Of a stretch of 64,000 nt of DNA, positions 24,401-34,254 are shown piece by piece. The position numbers and the translations under genes were made by a program. The notes beneath the pieces were generated by a model, which made no database searches, was not told where the DNA came from, and worked only from the letters and a program-made list of their open reading frames with translations. Position 1 is the first letter of the stretch. Each line of letters opens with the position of its first letter. Source of the DNA: Escherichia coli (GTDB taxonomy: Bacteria > Pseudomonadota > Gammaproteobacteria > Enterobacterales > Enterobacteriaceae); assembly GCF_029227855.1 (NCBI RefSeq), contig NZ_CP074356.1; one strand, given 5' to 3'.

Positions 24401-24780
24401 GACATTGTTCCTTTATCGTTAATTATCGTCCCTGTAGAAATTCCTCCCTCACTAATTGTCTGGCTGCCACCGTTAATGACTGTATTATTAGCCTGCCCCT
24501 GATAAGAGCCATGACCAGATACCTCTTGATGTCCACCAGTATCAATAACACTTCCATTAGAAATCCCGCCATATACCTCCTGATTGCCGTGATTGATGAT
24601 ATGAGCATTATTTGTTGTACCTCGTTCATCTACTCTTTGGCTGCCGTCTACAGTCTCATCATTTACAACGCCAATAACATTAGAAGTGAAGGCCGTCATC
24701 CCAGGCGGGGCATATATCATGGCAGCTATCAATAAGGAAAGTACTGAGCGGTGAAAATAATAGCGACTGATTCTGTTCAT
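21430..24780 (-). CDS. type Va autotransporter adhesin (AIDA-I/Ag43-like passenger, Asn-Pro repeat linker, C-terminal beta-barrel); apparently intact
   Basis: Extended autotransporter signal peptide MNRISRYYFHRSVLSLLIAAMIYAPPGMTA from the ATG at 24780 (GAGG 9 nt upstream); glycine-rich beta-helix passenger repeats; (NP)n-DPTPDPTPTPVP linker; C-terminus ...AGANWSF. Occupies the ymgG-minE interval where K-12 carries only short remnants (recalled). Confidence 0.85.
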   Translation of the reverse strand: MNRISRYYFHRSVLSLLIAAMIYAPPGMTAFTSNVIGVVNDETVDGSQRVDERGTTNNAHIINHGNQEVYGGISNGSVIDTGGHQEVSGHGSYQGQANNTVINGGSQTISEGGISTGTIINDKGTMSVLTNAKADATRIDNGGAMDVAGNATNTIINGGTQNIYNHGIATGTNINSGTQNIKSGGKADTTNISSGSKQVVEKGGTATGSNIRAGGTLIVDTGGIAHGVYLDTGSALVANTGAGTDIDGYQRSSHFTITGGRAEHVVLENTGQLTVVAQTSAVDTIVDAGGKLIVHEEAVAYTTRLNNGGILDVREKGSATGIQQSSQGALVATTRATRVTGTRADGVAFSIEQGAANNILLTNGGVLTVESDTTSAKTQVNAGGREIVKTKATATGTTLTGGEQIVEGVANETTINDGGIQTVSANGEAIKTTINEGGTLTVNDNGKATDIVQNSGAALQTSTANGIEISGTHQYGTFSIASNLATNMLLENGGNLLVLAGTEARDSTVDKGGAMQNLGQDSATKVNSGGQYTLGRSKDEFQALARAEDLQVAGGTAIVYAGTLADASVSGATGSLSLMTPRDNVTPVKLEGAIRITDSATFTIGNGVDTTLADLTAASRGSVWLNSNNSCAGTSNCEYRVNSLLLNDGDVYLSAPATTNGIYNTLTTSELSGSGNFYLHTNIAGSRGDQLVVNNNATGNFKIFVQDTGVSPQSDDAMTLVKTGGGDASFTLGNTGGFVDLGTYEYVLKSDGNSNWNLTNDVNPNPNPNPNPNPNPNPNPNPNPNPNPNPNPNPNPNPDPTPDPTPTPVPEKRITPSTAAVLNMAATLPLVFDAELNSIRERLNIMKASPHNNNVWGATYNTRNNVTTDAGAGFEQTLIGMTVGIDSRNDIPEGIATLGAFMGYSHSHIGFDRGGHGSVGSYSLGGYASWEHESGFYLDGIVKLNRFESNVAGKMSSGGAANGSYRSNGLGGHIETGMRFTDGNWNLTPYASLTGFTADNPEYHLSNGMESKSVDTRSIYRELGATLSYNMRLGNGMEVEPWLKAAVRKEFVDDNRVKVNNDGNFVNDLSGRRGIYQAGIKASFSSSLSGHLGVGYSHGAGVESPWNAVAGANWSF
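22350..22494 (-). repeat. in-frame tandem hexanucleotide repeat (ggttYg/ggattt units) encoding (Asn-Pro)~17 followed by DPTPDPTPTPVP; coordinates approximate
   Basis: Visible run gggtttgggttcgggttcgggttc... on the plus strand; translates on the minus strand to NPNPNP... inside the autotransporter. Confidence 0.8.
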
Positions 24781-25392
24781 AAATTTCATCCTCTGAAAAA
24801 TGAATACTGAGTACTGAGTAGCGTCTAAGTAACCTAAGCTCGGCTGCAACATCAGCCCGCAGGCACCAGACCAGGGGATTCATCCTGAAGAGACAGCGCA
24901 GGTGTATTGTGTTCACCGCTCACCAAAGACATCATGATGAAATGATGATATCCCGCATAATAAAGAGGCATTTTTTAAACGCAATGCGCTGAAGTGTAGT
25001 TGGATAAAAAATCACTCTTTTCAGATAATACTGTCGTACGCTTATCTTTCGACAATGAGGCCGTCGGCAAAATAAAATGACTAATGTAATCGTTGCTGAT
25101 GAATATCTTCTGCTCACATAAAAATCACACAATAATATTGATAAATCAGATTATCTTACCTTTACAACATTGCGTTAACAGTCAATGACACTTCTTGAAT
25201 AAAAATATTGTCAATCAATGAGTTATTCCTCATTTAAGATTATTCTCATTCACGTAAAAAACATAATTCCTATCATCACAGCCACGCTCATTTTGAATTA
25301 TCTGAATAATAGCGAGCGTTCTTTAGTTAAGCAGATCTTAATTGAAGACGAAATTATTGTGTGTGCAACTTACTTAATACCGGACATCTAAG

Positions 25393-25737
25393 TTGAAGAA
25401 AAAAATACTTGCCTTCGGGCTTATCTCAGCATTGTTCTGCTCCACGCCAGCGATGGCGGATATGAACCGCACCACGAAAGGTGCATTGCTAGGCGCAGGC
25501 GTTGGTTTACTTACTGGCAATGGTGTTAATGGCGTACTGAAAGGTGCAGCTGTTGGCGCTGGTGTTGGTGCAGTAACAGAAAAAGGCCGCGACGGTAAAA
25601 ATGCGCGTAAAGGTGCAAAAGTGGGTGCCGCCGTTGGTGCTGTCACTGGCGTTCTGACCGGCAATGGCCTCGAAGGGGCGATTAAAGGTGCCGTGATTGG
25701 CGGTACGGGTGGTGCAATTCTGGGTAAAATGAAATAA
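25393..25737 (+). CDS. ymgG: glycine-zipper small outer-membrane/periplasmic protein YmgG
   Basis: 114 aa, signal peptide then repeated GxxxG/GAxVGA glycine zipper; TTG start as reported by the track. Confidence 0.78.
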
Positions 25738-25746
25738 GGAATGATG

Positions 25747-26076
25747 ATGAAAAAATTTGCTTTACTGGCGGGTCTGTTTGTTTTCGCACCAATGACCTGG
25801 GCGCAGGACTACAATATTAAAAACGGTTTGCCGTCAGAAACCTATATTACTTGCGCAGAAGCCAACGAAATGGCAAAAACTGACAGCGCACAGGTTGCAG
25901 AAATTGTTGCGGTAATGGGTAATGCCAGCGTTGCCAGCCGTGATTTAAAAATTGAGCAATTTCCGGAACTAAGCGCCAAAGTGGTAGAAAAACTGAATCA
26001 GGTTTGCGCTAAAGACCCGCAAATGCTGTTGATCACGGCAATTGATGACACTATGCGTGCTATCGGCAAAAAATAA
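25747..26076 (+). CDS. ymgD: periplasmic protein YmgD
   Basis: 109 aa from ATG at 25747 (MKKFALLAGLFVFAPMTWAQDYNIKNG...). Confidence 0.8.
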   Translation: MKKFALLAGLFVFAPMTWAQDYNIKNGLPSETYITCAEANEMAKTDSAQVAEIVAVMGNASVASRDLKIEQFPELSAKVVEKLNQVCAKDPQMLLITAIDDTMRAIGKK

Positions 26077-26089
26077 TATTTAATATGTT

Positions 26090-26120
26090 ACCGCGTCGAT
26101 GAATTCGACGCGGTATTTTA
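26090..26120. terminator. bidirectional terminator between convergent ymgD and the 887-aa autotransporter gene
   Basis: accgcgtcga-tgaat-tcgacgcggt followed by atttta. Confidence 0.55.
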
Positions 26121-26131
26121 GCTAACGGGGA

Positions 26132-28795
26132 TCAGAACTTATATTTCAGGCCCACCATCACTGCGGTGTCATTGTAGCCATTATCACCCAGCTGCACGCC
26201 CACATTACCCCAGACGCTGGCCGCCGGATTCAGATTGCCATTTACGCCAAGTTTAATTTCCCCCAGATTACGCGCCCCGTCTTGTTCAACTTTCACACCG
26301 TTCATTGAGACAGCAAAATCTTTACTGTTATGGATCCAGTTCATTTCAACAAAAGGTTCAAAGTCGTCACCGTGCGGACCGCTGTTTTTCTCCTGAGTAC
26401 GAATAAAGGTACGGAAGCCGAGTCGGGTCTGGATGTTGTTATTTGCGTCATTCTCAATACGTGAGCCATTGGCTTCCGTGTGCGCATTATGATCGACGCC
26501 CATCCAGATAGCCTGTGCCTGTGGCTGGAAGATCCACGTATATTTCGCCGCTTCCAGACCAAAGGATTTATTCAGGGCAAAACCGTAACCCGCTTCCAGC
26601 GAGACGGTTGCACCTTTCGCGCTATAGGATTCATAGGCTAACTCATCCCCTTTCACCGAGTTTTTAAACCAGCTATATTGCGCCCAGGCGTCAATGTATG
26701 CGCCTTTTTTACTGATGTCATCGGCAAACCAGGTGGCATACAGCCCTGCGCTATAGCCTCTGACACTCCCTTTCGAACGATAATCCGACACGCTGGAATG
26801 AGTTGAGTTGTAGTCGCGGGCATAACCAGCCATCACTCCCAAACGCCAACTGTCACTGTCGGTAAAACCACCGGTTAACAGATCGGCCCCTAACTGTGAG
26901 ACGTAGCGATGCGAGGTCGTTCTCAACTGTCCGTTGCTGTCACGCCAGGCATTATGCCCGCCAATTTGACGTAGCCAAAGTCGGCTTGAACGCTCCTGTT
27001 CAGTTACAGGATCGATGTAACGCGTTTCACCTGCACGGTCGTTCAGACGCATAACAAAAAGAGTGTTAGCGGCTGCCAGGTTGGCGACGTAACTTCCAGC
27101 TTCGGGGCGCAGAACGGGGGTAGGCGTTTCTGTTGATTCTGAATTTCCCTCTGAGCTGTTATCCTCCTCATTCACTGACTGATAACTTGTCAAATACCAG
27201 TTTTTGCCTTGTTGTTTTAGTTGATATTCGAAAGCTCCAGCTGCAATCCTTGCATCACCTTGTCTGAAGGCATCTGCTGGAGATTCATCGCCATTCACAG
27301 TTATGAGTTCGATCCCATTTAGCGTGGCCGCGCCGCTTCCTCCAGCATTTTTCACATAGACGGTAGTTGAACCCGAAGTATTGCCCTCAACAATAAGTCT
27401 GTCAGTAGCCGATTTATCATCACCTAATACGGTGCGGGTATTAAGCTGACCATTATTACCGACATAATTACCTTTTACGGTTAACGTTTTTCCCTGGGTA
27501 AATGTTTGACCATCATCATACGAAAGATTGATAATACTGTCTGAATTAGTCAGATGGATAACAACGGAGTCATCTTTCATATTCCAGATTGTGTTTTCTG
27601 AAAGCTTCAGTGTAGTTGTGCCGCTAACGAGTTTAGTCGCTCCATTTAGAGTAGAGTCGGACGAAATTATGTTTAAGCCACCTCCAGTATTATTAACCAG
27701 AATATTATTACCAGGCGTGATAATACTTCGATTAAGGATGCTTACATCCGTTGTAGTTTTGTTAACATCAATACTATCCAAAGCACTTGAAAGTTCGACA
27801 CTTGATAGTGCTATTTTGGCTTGAGAATCGATATTTGATGCATCAATTGATATTCCTTTATCTTGTTCTGATACCGCGGTGACATTGGAAAAAAATAACT
27901 CTCCACCATTGTATATTTTTGCAATGGGGGCTTTAGTGCCTTTTGTTGTAATAGAACTATTTTTTATATCAATGTTACCTTGTCGAATAGCAACTGCATA
28001 ACTTCCATGCTCCCCGGTTTCAAGTGCCACATAATCTAAATTAATATATGCTTTTTCCCCATTAGCATAAGCACCATAGCTATTAGTGCCATTAGTTGTT
28101 ATGGAACCACCATTCATTTTTAAATCAGCACGGCTAATAACTTCGTAACTGTTAGAATCACTAACTTCATCATCTACAGCATCGACACATGTTCGAGACT
28201 CTCCAGAACTTGAACATGCAAGAACACCTACTGCATTTTCCCCATAGGTAACAATGTTCGTTTTATCTGTGGTTTCAAGACGGGTGTTATTTTCCACAAT
28301 CCCAGAATCATTAACCTGACTTAAAAGTCCCGCTGAATATGCCCCCCTCGTCTCGACTGAATTATCACCATTCATAACGATGGTGCCACCAAATTCACTG
28401 ACTACTGCGCTGGCTGTTATCCCTCCATTAACATCTTGGTTATTTCCTTTGTCAGATACGCTTCCAGAGGTCTTAATACCGCTATCGCTTATATATAATA
28501 CTTTGTTATGACTATCAACAGAAATACCATAAGATCCATCACCACTAGTCATCACACTGGCATTATTTATATATCCAGTTACACCGTCATCCACTTTCAC
28601 AGCATGGCTTTCGTCTTTAGTGGTTAGATACTCTCCATTACTTATCGAATTATTATCTTTGATTTCAATCGGCGATTCTTCATCAGTTATATAGGAAAGT
28701 ATACTATAATCATCCAACAATTGTGTTGCATATGCATTACCCACCGCCAAAGCAATAAGTCCTAAACTAAACCCGGGGAGTTTTTTCAGTTTCAT
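26132..28795 (-). CDS. ycgH: type Va autotransporter, apparently intact (counterpart of the K-12 ycgH pseudogene by position)
   Basis: 887-aa ORF with signal peptide MKLKKLPGFSLGLIALAVGNAYA and terminal beta-barrel ending ...VGLKYKF; located between ymgD and ymgF. Confidence 0.8.
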   Translation of the reverse strand: MKLKKLPGFSLGLIALAVGNAYATQLLDDYSILSYITDEESPIEIKDNNSISNGEYLTTKDESHAVKVDDGVTGYINNASVMTSGDGSYGISVDSHNKVLYISDSGIKTSGSVSDKGNNQDVNGGITASAVVSEFGGTIVMNGDNSVETRGAYSAGLLSQVNDSGIVENNTRLETTDKTNIVTYGENAVGVLACSSSGESRTCVDAVDDEVSDSNSYEVISRADLKMNGGSITTNGTNSYGAYANGEKAYINLDYVALETGEHGSYAVAIRQGNIDIKNSSITTKGTKAPIAKIYNGGELFFSNVTAVSEQDKGISIDASNIDSQAKIALSSVELSSALDSIDVNKTTTDVSILNRSIITPGNNILVNNTGGGLNIISSDSTLNGATKLVSGTTTLKLSENTIWNMKDDSVVIHLTNSDSIINLSYDDGQTFTQGKTLTVKGNYVGNNGQLNTRTVLGDDKSATDRLIVEGNTSGSTTVYVKNAGGSGAATLNGIELITVNGDESPADAFRQGDARIAAGAFEYQLKQQGKNWYLTSYQSVNEEDNSSEGNSESTETPTPVLRPEAGSYVANLAAANTLFVMRLNDRAGETRYIDPVTEQERSSRLWLRQIGGHNAWRDSNGQLRTTSHRYVSQLGADLLTGGFTDSDSWRLGVMAGYARDYNSTHSSVSDYRSKGSVRGYSAGLYATWFADDISKKGAYIDAWAQYSWFKNSVKGDELAYESYSAKGATVSLEAGYGFALNKSFGLEAAKYTWIFQPQAQAIWMGVDHNAHTEANGSRIENDANNNIQTRLGFRTFIRTQEKNSGPHGDDFEPFVEMNWIHNSKDFAVSMNGVKVEQDGARNLGEIKLGVNGNLNPAASVWGNVGVQLGDNGYNDTAVMVGLKYKF

Positions 28796-29194
28796 AGATT
28801 AACCATCCATTCATTGGATTAACAAACATTCCTGGTCAAATAACCTATGAGTTCAGATTACCAAAACGGAGGGTAAAGACAAAAACAAAAGCACAAAAAA
28901 TTTAAATAGATAAACAGCGACAATATATAAATGATAAATAAGGCGGCATTATCATTTTTCACCTTATTTTCATGACATTGATCACTTTGGGGTGACGATT
29001 TTGTTTAACAAATAACTCTTCGACATCAAAATTATTAATAGTTGCCATAGAAATTATTTCGATGATATATAAAACCAACTGTGATAACACCAGGGTTGAC
29101 AACTATTTGCGCAATAATTCCTTTCCTTCAATGATCCAGGCGTTCACTGTCAGCACCCCATTCAGCCGCATACTGACAGTGAGAAACTGAAAGA

Positions 29195-29413
29195 TTATTG
29201 CTGATCCCTGTGGCTGACGAGTCTTTCCCTTAATCGATTAATCAGATTGATCGCCAGCCAAACAAGGGCATTAAGCAAATTTATCGTCACAAGCACTTCT
29301 CCCAGCCCGGTACTGGGTTTTGCAATAAGGATGACCAGGATAGTGATCAGCATAAATGCAATGGAAAAGATGATATAGAGAGTGAAATAATCCAGATTAT
29401 TACTATTGTTCAT
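29195..29413 (-). CDS. ymgF: small inner-membrane division-associated protein YmgF
   Basis: 72 aa from the internal ATG (MNNSNNLDYFTLYIIFSIAFMLITILVILIA...), two transmembrane helices. Confidence 0.75.
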   Translation of the reverse strand: MNNSNNLDYFTLYIIFSIAFMLITILVILIAKPSTGLGEVLVTINLLNALVWLAINLINRLRERLVSHRDQQ

Positions 29414-29544
29414 GCTACTAATGGCAATCCTGTCAAAACTTTCAAACAATTATAGCAAACAAAATAATGAACAATAGTAACAAGAGGCAACGAGCTAATT
29501 AGCTGTCTATAATTACACCGCACTATGGCCTTACTGATCGATTT

Positions 29545-31068
29545 TTACTCAACCACAACCTTCACCTTCGGTTTAGAAAGGATAATTTTGACCAGGTCGA
29601 TGTATGTTACCGGTTTATAGAAATAATAACCCTGCTGAAATGTGATATTATTTTGATTCAGATAGTCAAGTTGTTCTTTCGTTTCGACACCTTCAGCGAC
29701 GATACTGATCGAAAGTTTACGCGCCAGATCCAATACACAATCCAGAATCCGAGTTGATTCTGGGTCTGCGTTTACGCGGCCAACGAAACTGTGATCAATT
29801 TTGATATAATCAATATGCAGGTCATGCAGATAAGAAAGCCCTGAGTAGCCAGTACCGAAATCATCCAGCGCGATGACAAAACCATTTTCATGCAGAATGT
29901 TCAACCGCTGAACCAGACTTTCATCAACATTTAATGGCTCACGCTCGGTAACTTCCAGAACGAGGTTTAAATCGCGACGGGTAAAACTGTCACGGTAATT
30001 TAAGCACTCGTCGACAAATGTCGGCGAAATAATATGCGAGGCGCTAAAATTAATCCCAATATGAAAACCTTCCGGCAGTTTACTCGCGATAGCGTTCATC
30101 TGTCTGGCAACCTGATTCATCAGGCTTTGCGTAAGCGGAACGATTAATCCGGATTTTTCAGCAAGTGGAATAAATGCCGCGGGTGATATATATCCACCGT
30201 GAGGTTGTTTCCAGCGGGCTAACACCTCAACTCCCCGCAATGTCCCTTCCCGACCATTTACCACAGGTTGGTAAAATGGGACGATCTCCCCATTATTTAT
30301 AGCCCGTCGCAGGATCTCTTCAGGCGTTGCGCTTTTATTGAAATACCTATCAAGCAGGAAGGCAGCGGCGCAGGCGATTAACAGAATAAATATCAAAATC
30401 CCAAAGCCTTTATCGATAAGTCTGTAGAAGCTAAAGAGTGGCGGCGGGTTAAAGATAATAGTGAAATGATATTTTGTGGAGTGAACCTTCTCGGTATAGG
30501 GATAGTGTCCATTAAGCGTCATCACATCACCCGTAGGTCCAATAATGTCATCTGCCACGCGTAATACATACCTTACCCCTTTCAAGGGTACATTAAGCGC
30601 CCCGCGAATATGCTGATCACTTATCGTAACCAAAATGCGCGTATCTGCAAATTGGCTCTGATAGAGCAGGATAGGTAATCTATTAACGGTGTCGATTGCC
30701 GGAGCCAGCAGTAAATTACTGTCCGGGAAAACAGGAATACGAGACAGTAGGACCCGATTCCCCGGTAAGGATGTACACCAGACCGTTCCCTGTTTGAGAA
30801 TGATGATTGTGCGCAGGTGAGGTTTCAGAGCTGCTTCAGTGCCAAGCTGATATTGCTCCTCGAGGTCGCATTCCTTCCCGGCAATGTTAACCGCCGTTTG
30901 AGTCGCCTGTGACGCTTCTTCAAGTATATGATTGATATTGTTGGCTGCATATCTTGCTCCCGCCAGGTACTCTGCTTTTGCGGAATACCAGAGCTGGATG
31001 TTCAAAATAGTGACACCGGTTATAAACAAGCATATCGCAATGAAGATGGGTATGAGTGTATTGCGCAT
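29545..31068 (-). CDS. pdeG: c-di-GMP phosphodiesterase PdeG (YcgG), CSS-type sensor with EAL domain
   Basis: 507 aa from ATG at 31068; C-terminal EAL-domain motifs (EVLARW..., DDFGTGYSGLSYL). Confidence 0.87.
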   Translation of the reverse strand: MRNTLIPIFIAICLFITGVTILNIQLWYSAKAEYLAGARYAANNINHILEEASQATQTAVNIAGKECDLEEQYQLGTEAALKPHLRTIIILKQGTVWCTSLPGNRVLLSRIPVFPDSNLLLAPAIDTVNRLPILLYQSQFADTRILVTISDQHIRGALNVPLKGVRYVLRVADDIIGPTGDVMTLNGHYPYTEKVHSTKYHFTIIFNPPPLFSFYRLIDKGFGILIFILLIACAAAFLLDRYFNKSATPEEILRRAINNGEIVPFYQPVVNGREGTLRGVEVLARWKQPHGGYISPAAFIPLAEKSGLIVPLTQSLMNQVARQMNAIASKLPEGFHIGINFSASHIISPTFVDECLNYRDSFTRRDLNLVLEVTEREPLNVDESLVQRLNILHENGFVIALDDFGTGYSGLSYLHDLHIDYIKIDHSFVGRVNADPESTRILDCVLDLARKLSISIVAEGVETKEQLDYLNQNNITFQQGYYFYKPVTYIDLVKIILSKPKVKVVVE

Positions 31069-31403
31069 TTGCTTGTCCCGGCCAAAGGGTTTAATACATG
31101 AAAATGCCATTCATTCGCTCGCACTGGCATCTACAGAGAGCATGGTAGAGAGCATCACAAATATCCACGCCGAAGATAAAATTTTCTCCATCTTCATCTA
31201 ACCTATTAATTATTGAGCACAATGTAGTCAGAATTAAACAAATTAGGTGGGATATCAGGCGTCAAGAATGGAAAACGAGCGCTCTCCATTCCTGTTTGCC
31301 CCCTGATATTGCGGATATATTAAGAAAGCAAAACGCCTGAAATGCTCACTTTGCACCAGCATGATGATACAGCTGATGTTTATTCTATAACCTTACTCAA
31401 GTT

Positions 31404-31652
31404 CTAAGAGAGCACTGATTCCCTGTCATTAATAATGATATCCGTTAGTGTAGTCTTATGCATTTCAATGTACTGCAAGATTTGCAGATAGAGATCAGAA
31501 AGAATCACACTAGTTTCATCTTTTAAACGCAAGCGTAAAGCCTGATCAATAATATGACTATCAACATACCCGTGCGTCATGAGCACCTCCCTCTCGAGAT
31601 TTTTAAACAAAGCACATTGAAAAATAAATCTCTCGGGGATTGAATTATTCAT
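31404..31652 (-). CDS. ymgC: YmgC, last gene of the ycgZ-ymgA-ariR-ymgC operon
   Basis: 82 aa from the internal ATG (MNNSIPERFIFQCALFKNLEREVL...). Confidence 0.75.
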   Translation of the reverse strand: MNNSIPERFIFQCALFKNLEREVLMTHGYVDSHIIDQALRLRLKDETSVILSDLYLQILQYIEMHKTTLTDIIINDRESVLS

Positions 31653-31764
31653 GTCAGCCTCGTAGGAATATTGACCCAATAAAATTATGCTGTGTATAGT
31701 CTAAAGCGACAGACAAAAATAAGATGACTGAGTTTTCTATAAACTTATACTTAATAATTAAAAG

Positions 31765-32031
31765 TTACATATCATCAGCTGTGTATCGCAACACGATTTC
31801 CAGTGTTTTTCTAATCACATCAGCTTTGAGAATATCACTTGTTGTTTCCAGAGAGTGTATCAGACTTAAGATAATATTTTTATTATTAACATTATCGCCT
31901 GAAAGCATTAAATTGGTCACAGCCTGCCCTAACACAGCTGACTCTTCTTCTAACAAATTACCTGAACTACGAAAGTAGCTTGATAACGCTTTATCAGTTA
32001 TTGCATTATGAATTGTAGTATCTTCAAGCAT
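31765..32031 (-). CDS. ariR: regulator of acid resistance and biofilm AriR (YmgB)
   Basis: 88 aa [45 protein letters not shown]... Confidence 0.85.
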   Translation of the reverse strand: MLEDTTIHNAITDKALSSYFRSSGNLLEEESAVLGQAVTNLMLSGDNVNNKNIILSLIHSLETTSDILKADVIRKTLEIVLRYTADDM

Positions 32032-32059
32032 GGTAACCTCTCATCTTACTTATGAAATT

Positions 32060-32332
32060 TTAATGTATTCTGTTTATTTTCTTACCATTGAACATACTTT
32101 TATTGTCAGCTATCGCTGTTCTTCTGTTTGGCTCTCCTGTATCACTGTTGCTAAAATCACGAATTATGCTGTCAATTAAATCTCGTCGGAAAGCATTTTC
32201 CTCAGCCGATTTCATTACGAGTAATTGCTTAATAAGAGTCTGTAACGAAAAATTTATCTTCATGCGCAGTATATGGAGCACCGCCTGGCCAGTAATTTCA
32301 TATTTTGTACTTTCATTATCAGATGTCTTCAT
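32060..32332 (-). CDS. ymgA: RcsB connector protein YmgA
   Basis: 90-aa ORF; operon position between ycgZ and ariR. Confidence 0.8.
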   Translation of the reverse strand: MKTSDNESTKYEITGQAVLHILRMKINFSLQTLIKQLLVMKSAEENAFRRDLIDSIIRDFSNSDTGEPNRRTAIADNKSMFNGKKINRIH

Positions 32333-32374
32333 AACGACTTCATAGCTAACCTGTTAAATAATCAGGCTGTTGCA

Positions 32375-32611
32375 TTATTCAAAAAGCAACCCAATTAGTG
32401 CATTATAATGTTTCTGTTCCTCTTCCCCTGTCGCTTGTTCCAGTCGGCATAGAAGTTTGGCACAAAGCGACTTTCGACTCAGATTACGTCCATCTTTCAA
32501 AATCTCAGTCACAATTTCCCCGAGAGTTTCCTGCTGAGTAGGCAAGTTAGCTTTTGCAAAGTAACGAGTGATTGCTCCCGCAGAATCTAAAGTCACTGAA
32601 TTTTGATGCAT
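32375..32611 (-). CDS. ycgZ: YcgZ, first gene of the BluR-repressed operon
   Basis: 78-aa ORF, divergent from bluF. Confidence 0.8.
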   Translation of the reverse strand: MHQNSVTLDSAGAITRYFAKANLPTQQETLGEIVTEILKDGRNLSRKSLCAKLLCRLEQATGEEEQKHYNALIGLLFE

Positions 32612-32924
32612 GCTACGCCTCTGTTAAAAATGTTAATCAATGTTAAGTGAGGTAACAATAGCAAACTTGTACGAAATATGTGTACAGAATGATAAATTAA
32701 TTTTTTGCATTTAGTGCTAATACATATAAAACAACAGGTTATGATAAAAAATATTGCATCATTTAAATGACAACCTATACAAGAATTTTCGCCAACTCAT
32801 CTTCAACTTTTTCCATTTTTTATCAATGTAAAGAAACAGTTATGTTTTGGTATTAAAAGAAAGACACCGGAAGATATGTCTGTTACCGTCTTACTCTCGC
32901 CTCTCCCATTACCCTGGACAGTTA

Positions 32925-34136
32925 ATGCTTACCACCCTTATTTATCGTAGCCATATACGTGACGACGAACCTGTCAAAAAAATCGAAGAAATGGTTTCGA
33001 TAGCAAATCGCAGGAACATGCAGTCTGACGTAACAGGGATCTTACTGTTTAATGGATCTCATTTTTTCCAGCTTCTGGAAGGTCCGGAAGAACAGGTTAA
33101 AATGATATATCGGGCTATATGCCAGGATCCACGGCACTATAATATTGTTGAGCTGCTGTGCGATTACGCGCCTGCTCGCCGTTTTGGCAAAGCGGGAATG
33201 GAATTATTTGATTTGCGCCTGCACGAGCGAGATGACGTTTTACAGGCCGTATTCGACAAAGGCACATCAAAATTTCAGCTAACTTATGATGACAGAGCGC
33301 TACAATTTTTTCGTACTTTTGTCCTTGCAACCGAACAAGCAGCCTATTTCGAGATCCCTGCCGAAGACTCCTGGCTTTTTATCGCTGACGGATCTGATAA
33401 AGAACTTGATTCCTGTACCCTTTCACCAACTATAAACGACCACTTTGCCTTTCATCCTATTGTCGATCCCTTATCGCGGCGGATAATCGCTTTTGAAGCC
33501 ATTGTGCAAAAAAATGAAGACAGCCCGTCAGCTATAGCGGTTGGGCAGCGTAAAGAAGGGGAAATCTATACAGCGGATCTCAAAAGTAAGGCGCTTGCAT
33601 TCGCGATGGCACACGCACTTGACCTCGGTGATAAAATGATTTCAATCAATCTATTACCTATGACCCTGGTTAACGAACCTGACGCAGTCTCTTTTTTACT
33701 TGATGAAATAAAGGCCAATGCTCTGGTGCCTGAACAAATCATCGTTGAATTTACTGAAAGTGAAGTCATATCTCGGTTTGATGAGTTTGCAGAAGCGATT
33801 AAATCGCTTAAGGCTGCCGGTATCAGTGTAGCAATTGATCATTTTGGCGCAGGTTTTGCCGGTTTGTTACTCCTGTCACGCTTCCAGCCTGACAGAATTA
33901 AAATCAGTCAGGAATTGATTACCAATGTTCATAAAAGCGGGCCACGGCAGGCAATTATTCAAGCGATCATAAAATGCTGTACATCACTTGAAATTCAAGT
34001 CAGTGCTATGGGCGTGGCAACACCAGAAGAGTGGATGTGGCTTGAATCCGCAGGAATTGAGATGTTTCAGGGAGATCTGTTTGCGAAAGCTAAATTGAAT
34101 GGTATCCCTTCAGTTGCGTGGCCAGAGAAAAAATAA
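32925..34136 (+). CDS. bluF: blue-light sensor BluF (YcgF), BLUF domain plus degenerate EAL domain
   Basis: 403 aa from ATG at 32925 (MLTTLIYRSHIRDDEPVKKIEEMVSIANRRNMQSDVTGILLFNGSHFFQLLEGPEEQV... BLUF signature). Confidence 0.9.
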   Translation: MLTTLIYRSHIRDDEPVKKIEEMVSIANRRNMQSDVTGILLFNGSHFFQLLEGPEEQVKMIYRAICQDPRHYNIVELLCDYAPARRFGKAGMELFDLRLHERDDVLQAVFDKGTSKFQLTYDDRALQFFRTFVLATEQAAYFEIPAEDSWLFIADGSDKELDSCTLSPTINDHFAFHPIVDPLSRRIIAFEAIVQKNEDSPSAIAVGQRKEGEIYTADLKSKALAFAMAHALDLGDKMISINLLPMTLVNEPDAVSFLLDEIKANALVPEQIIVEFTESEVISRFDEFAEAIKSLKAAGISVAIDHFGAGFAGLLLLSRFQPDRIKISQELITNVHKSGPRQAIIQAIIKCCTSLEIQVSAMGVATPEEWMWLESAGIEMFQGDLFAKAKLNGIPSVAWPEKK

Positions 34137-34254
34137 TTTTCAGCATATTATTTCACATGATTTCAGTAAATCATCGTGAAAATGAATACGTTATGTTTAA
34201 ATTTAATCCACATTAAAAATAATGTTTCATTCAATTTAGCTGAAATCTTATTTA

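Noticed and set aside
24853-25392. Small ORFs (e.g. 24932..25132, 66 aa) in the AT-rich region between the autotransporter and ymgG that might correspond to ymgI/ymgJ
   Set aside because: No convincing RBS or recognisable sequence; could not be matched from memory to YmgI/YmgJ, so left unannotated.
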